Shown here piece by piece: positions 60,913 through 64,000 of a stretch of 64,000 nucleotides of DNA. How positions within the stretch are numbered: the stretch's first letter is position 1; every line of letters begins with the position of its first letter. Under the pieces are notes generated by a model. It was not told the origin of the DNA. It made no database searches and saw only the letters and a program-made list of their open reading frames with translations. This stretch comes from Takakia lepidozioides (lineage: Eukaryota > Plantae > Bryophyta), in assembly GCA_030704615.1 (NCBI GenBank), contig CM060732.1:36580001-36644000 (forward strand), in the 5' to 3' direction. The position numbers and the translations under genes are program-made.

Positions 60913-62447
60913 GCGACGACATGCGTCCTAGAAACCCCCGCTACGACAGCCGAAAACATTGTGCAACCGCACATTCTACCCTGGGGGAGCTAATATCGAA
61001 AAAGACTACCTACCAATAGAGGAGGTTGAGGGGGAGCTAATAATGAAAAAGACTACAGACCATTGAACGAGGTTGGGTAGGGCGTGAGCACGGCGGAATG
61101 TTCTACACCCTCCCAGAGATTGTCCTAATATTCTTAGCAATACGAAGTCGTGAAACTCACAAAATTATTTAAATATTATGTAGAAAACGTATTAAAAGCT
61201 CTGCTCATGCATCTGCTAGTAGTCTAGCTATTCTCTGGCTTTGGCTTTGATAACTCCTGGGAAGAGGTGGGCACCTCTGCACAAGAACCTCTCAATAAAC
61301 GATTTTCCAGGAATGATGGCCTCCCGACATGTTGGAAGTTCGGTTAGTGCTCCGCAATTGATGGAGCCAGAAGAATCGGATATCAACCGACACCACAAGC
61401 GTATTCTTAGGAAGGGCAAATCTAAGGCCCACCTCTCTTTCGATTCCTCTAGACGCAAGAGTGACAACCTCTAGTCTCTGTCTCTCCCTCCGCTGCGGAA
61501 ACATCCATAGCTTCCTGCAATTCCCCTTAGGTTTATGGTCATGGGGAAGTGTCCCCTTTTTCATCCTTCATGGTTTGTACTTTGAGGTTATTTTTTCCTC
61601 GTTTCTTTAATATATTTCCGGCTTTCCATCAGCCTTTCTTAAACAACCAGAAAAAAAAAAACAAAACTCTGGTCTCGGGGCAGTGTCCCCTTTCTCATCC
61701 TTATGGTTTCCTCACGAGGTTATTTATTCCTCGTCCCTTTATTAATAAAATTTCGGCCTTTCCATCGGCCTTTCTTTAGAATAATATTAATAGTATTACA
61801 TAGCCTTCATGGCTCTCCAGCAGTATTTTTTCCACTCATTGTTCCCCTCCTTTTTAATATATTTCCATGGTTACCATCCCCTGATCTCTAAAAATAATAA
61901 TAAAAAAATAAAAATACACACCCACAAACAAGACTGCCCAATACTTTAAGGTCAGCATGTACATAATCAGATTTGTTGGATGGCAAATGGAGAGTCTAAC
62001 ATGGACAATAGATTGATAGCAGCCCTTGCGACATCTACAATTACGGACATTAATGATTGGCCAACCACTGAGATTCTGGCCCCATCTCGATCAGAATGGC
62101 CTAACCATCACACTAAGAATATGTTATTGACTTCTTTTTTCCCACCGTCTGTCCAAGGAAACAACTTCGGGCTGACCATTCTAAGGAAAAGGGGGGTGGA
62201 CTTCAGCAGAGACGTGCATCCTGGAACCCCCGCTACCACAGCCGAAAACATTGCGCAACCGTCCATCCCACGGGGAGCTAATAATGAAAGACTGCCTACC
62301 ATTGGACGAGGTTGGGTAGCACATGAGCACCGAGCAAGACATAGTGGCATATTCCAAACATTCCCATAGATTCTTTTAATACTCTTCAGCAAAACGAAAT
62401 TGTGAAACCCATTATGTAAAAACCATAATAAAAGTTCTGCTCATGCG
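60913..62447. repeat. Diverged direct repeat pair (~60913-61215 and ~62205-62447), TE-derived
   Basis: Shared AACCCCCGCTAC..AGCCGAAAACATTG.GCAACCG..GGGGAGCTAAT..CCATTG.ACGAGGTTGGGTAG..CTGCTCATGC. Confidence 0.7.
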
Positions 62448-63936
62448 ATAATAGAGACACCCACAAACAAGACTGCCCACATAAATAATCAGATTTGTCA
62501 AAACATATCCCTGGACCGTTCTAAACATCTCTGCAAGGAAATTTGTGAATTACATTCACCTTCACAACTAATATAGGATTTGCCAATTAAACCCTAGGTG
62601 CACTGTCCAATGAAAACCACCTTTAGTTATATATACATGGAAACAAGGTTTCAATATATAAGTTTTAAATCTTCTACTTAAAATACACTTGAGAAGAGTG
62701 CCATTCATTGGGCAATTAGGTACAAAGTATTTTCATTTGGCAACGACGTTTATTAACGAATAAAAAAAAAAGTGTAGGAACCTGCAAAGAAACATGTTCA
62801 GTCTGGAGGTCCAACATGGTAATCTCATCTCCTTTTATATGTACAGCGAGAGAGTGTGCAAGACCTCTCGAAATAGCACAAGTTTGTCTTTATTGTCGAA
62901 ATTGCTTTTCTGCTCCCGCGGTGTTCATGCCTTTTCTCCTTAGAGGGTTGGTAGAACATGAGCAACGGGTGAGCTCACGTGAGCACAGGAAAATGGAGGC
63001 GAGAGTACAAAAATACGGCAATAGGGTATCTTGTTTCCACCGATACATGCGAATAGGGTTCCTACATGCAAAATAGGGATTTTTGTGCCTATTTCTGTCC
63101 CTATTTCTATCCCTAAACCCTAAACCCTGATGTGAAATAGGCACCCCCTAATGTACATTGACAAGCTCCAAGTTTCAAATATTCTACGGCTTTGGTATCC
63201 TACAAATAGATAACACATGAGGAAAAAACAAAGTCACTGCAATAACCAACGCCATCCAAAACACACAAATACCTCCAGACCAGACCTCTTCATGCCTATC
63301 CTCCGTTCCAAGAATGGCTGAAGTGAACGGCCCATAGGGTCTTTTGGCGCGGAACGACTCCAAAAAAAATGCAAACAATAATTGAACAATTTAATATAAT
63401 GAGGCAAACAACAGATTTCGCCAGCAAAATAAATCAAGGTATTGGATTTCATCAGTGAAATAAAGTTTCGCAAACGAAATTTCAAGGTGTCGTTGCGTAG
63501 GTCATCATCTAATCGTTTCGTGGACGAAACAAAATGAATTGTGTTTGGTTTTGCGTATTAAAGACGGTGTGAGGTTATTTTATTTCGTTAACAATTTGTT
63601 ACATGCTTATTGCGGTAGGTCATTACCCATGCTTTTGTGGATGGAACAAAATGAATTGTGTCTAGTTTCGCATATTAGTGATTGCTAGGAGCGTCAACTG
63701 CACATGATTGAATATGCAACTATTAATCAACAAAAATTGTTGATGGAAATGGCACTGACAGGAAATTCCTTATGCCCCAACTTCGCATGGCTTGTGCTCA
63801 CGTGAGCAGAAGTTTCGCATTTTAGTTTCGTTAAAACATTTTTCCAAGAATATTTTGGGAATATGTGGCATCTCATCTTCCGCTCACATGAGCAGGCACA
63901 CAGAGGCATGAACTTGTTCATGTGCTACCCAACCTC
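62308..63936. mobile_element. Non-autonomous MULE-like TIR element (no TSD found)
   Basis: GAGGTTGGGTAGCACATGAGCA at 62308 is inverted to TGTTCATGTGCTACCCAACCTC ending at 63936. An internal TIR-like copy lies at ~62943, and GCTCACGTGAGCA motifs match the MULE at 24165/41781. Confidence 0.55.
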
Positions 63937-64000
63937 TTCCGATCCTCACACTATGCTTACAAGATAATAACTTTGGGTTTCTCAAAGCAAAATCCTCAAC

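Noticed and set aside
63100-63130. CCCTAAA telomere-like repeats
   Set aside because: Only about 2-3 units inside a TE-like sequence; not an interstitial telomere array.

Overview
Eukaryotic nuclear DNA, most likely from a non-seed land plant (bryophyte/lycophyte-like; inferred from gene content and intron structure). The window holds five intron-containing host genes: a plastid FNR-like oxidoreductase, a DSN1-like kinetochore gene, an XRI1-like gene, a PILS/AEC-family transporter with a long N-terminal extension, and a Tat-targeted thylakoid lumen protein. They flank a ~24.6-kb transposon-rich block (18.5-43.1 kb). That block is a tandem duplication of a LINE already carrying solo-LTR, CACTA and Mutator insertions. 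Each copy was later rearranged, and one copy received a young chromovirus. The most striking feature is at the start of the window (1-5017): a Ty3/Gypsy LTR retrotransposon carrying a DNMT3-like C5 cytosine methyltransferase domain upstream of RT and a PHD finger fused to the integrase C-terminus, i.e. an epigenetic writer and a histone reader in one element. The ORF track hides this because single-base frameshifts split the domain. A second notable feature is a densely hairpinned ~0.9-kb 3' region, with an antisense ORF, in the chromovirus. All coordinates and translations were read by eye, and family assignments come from remembered motifs, not database searches.
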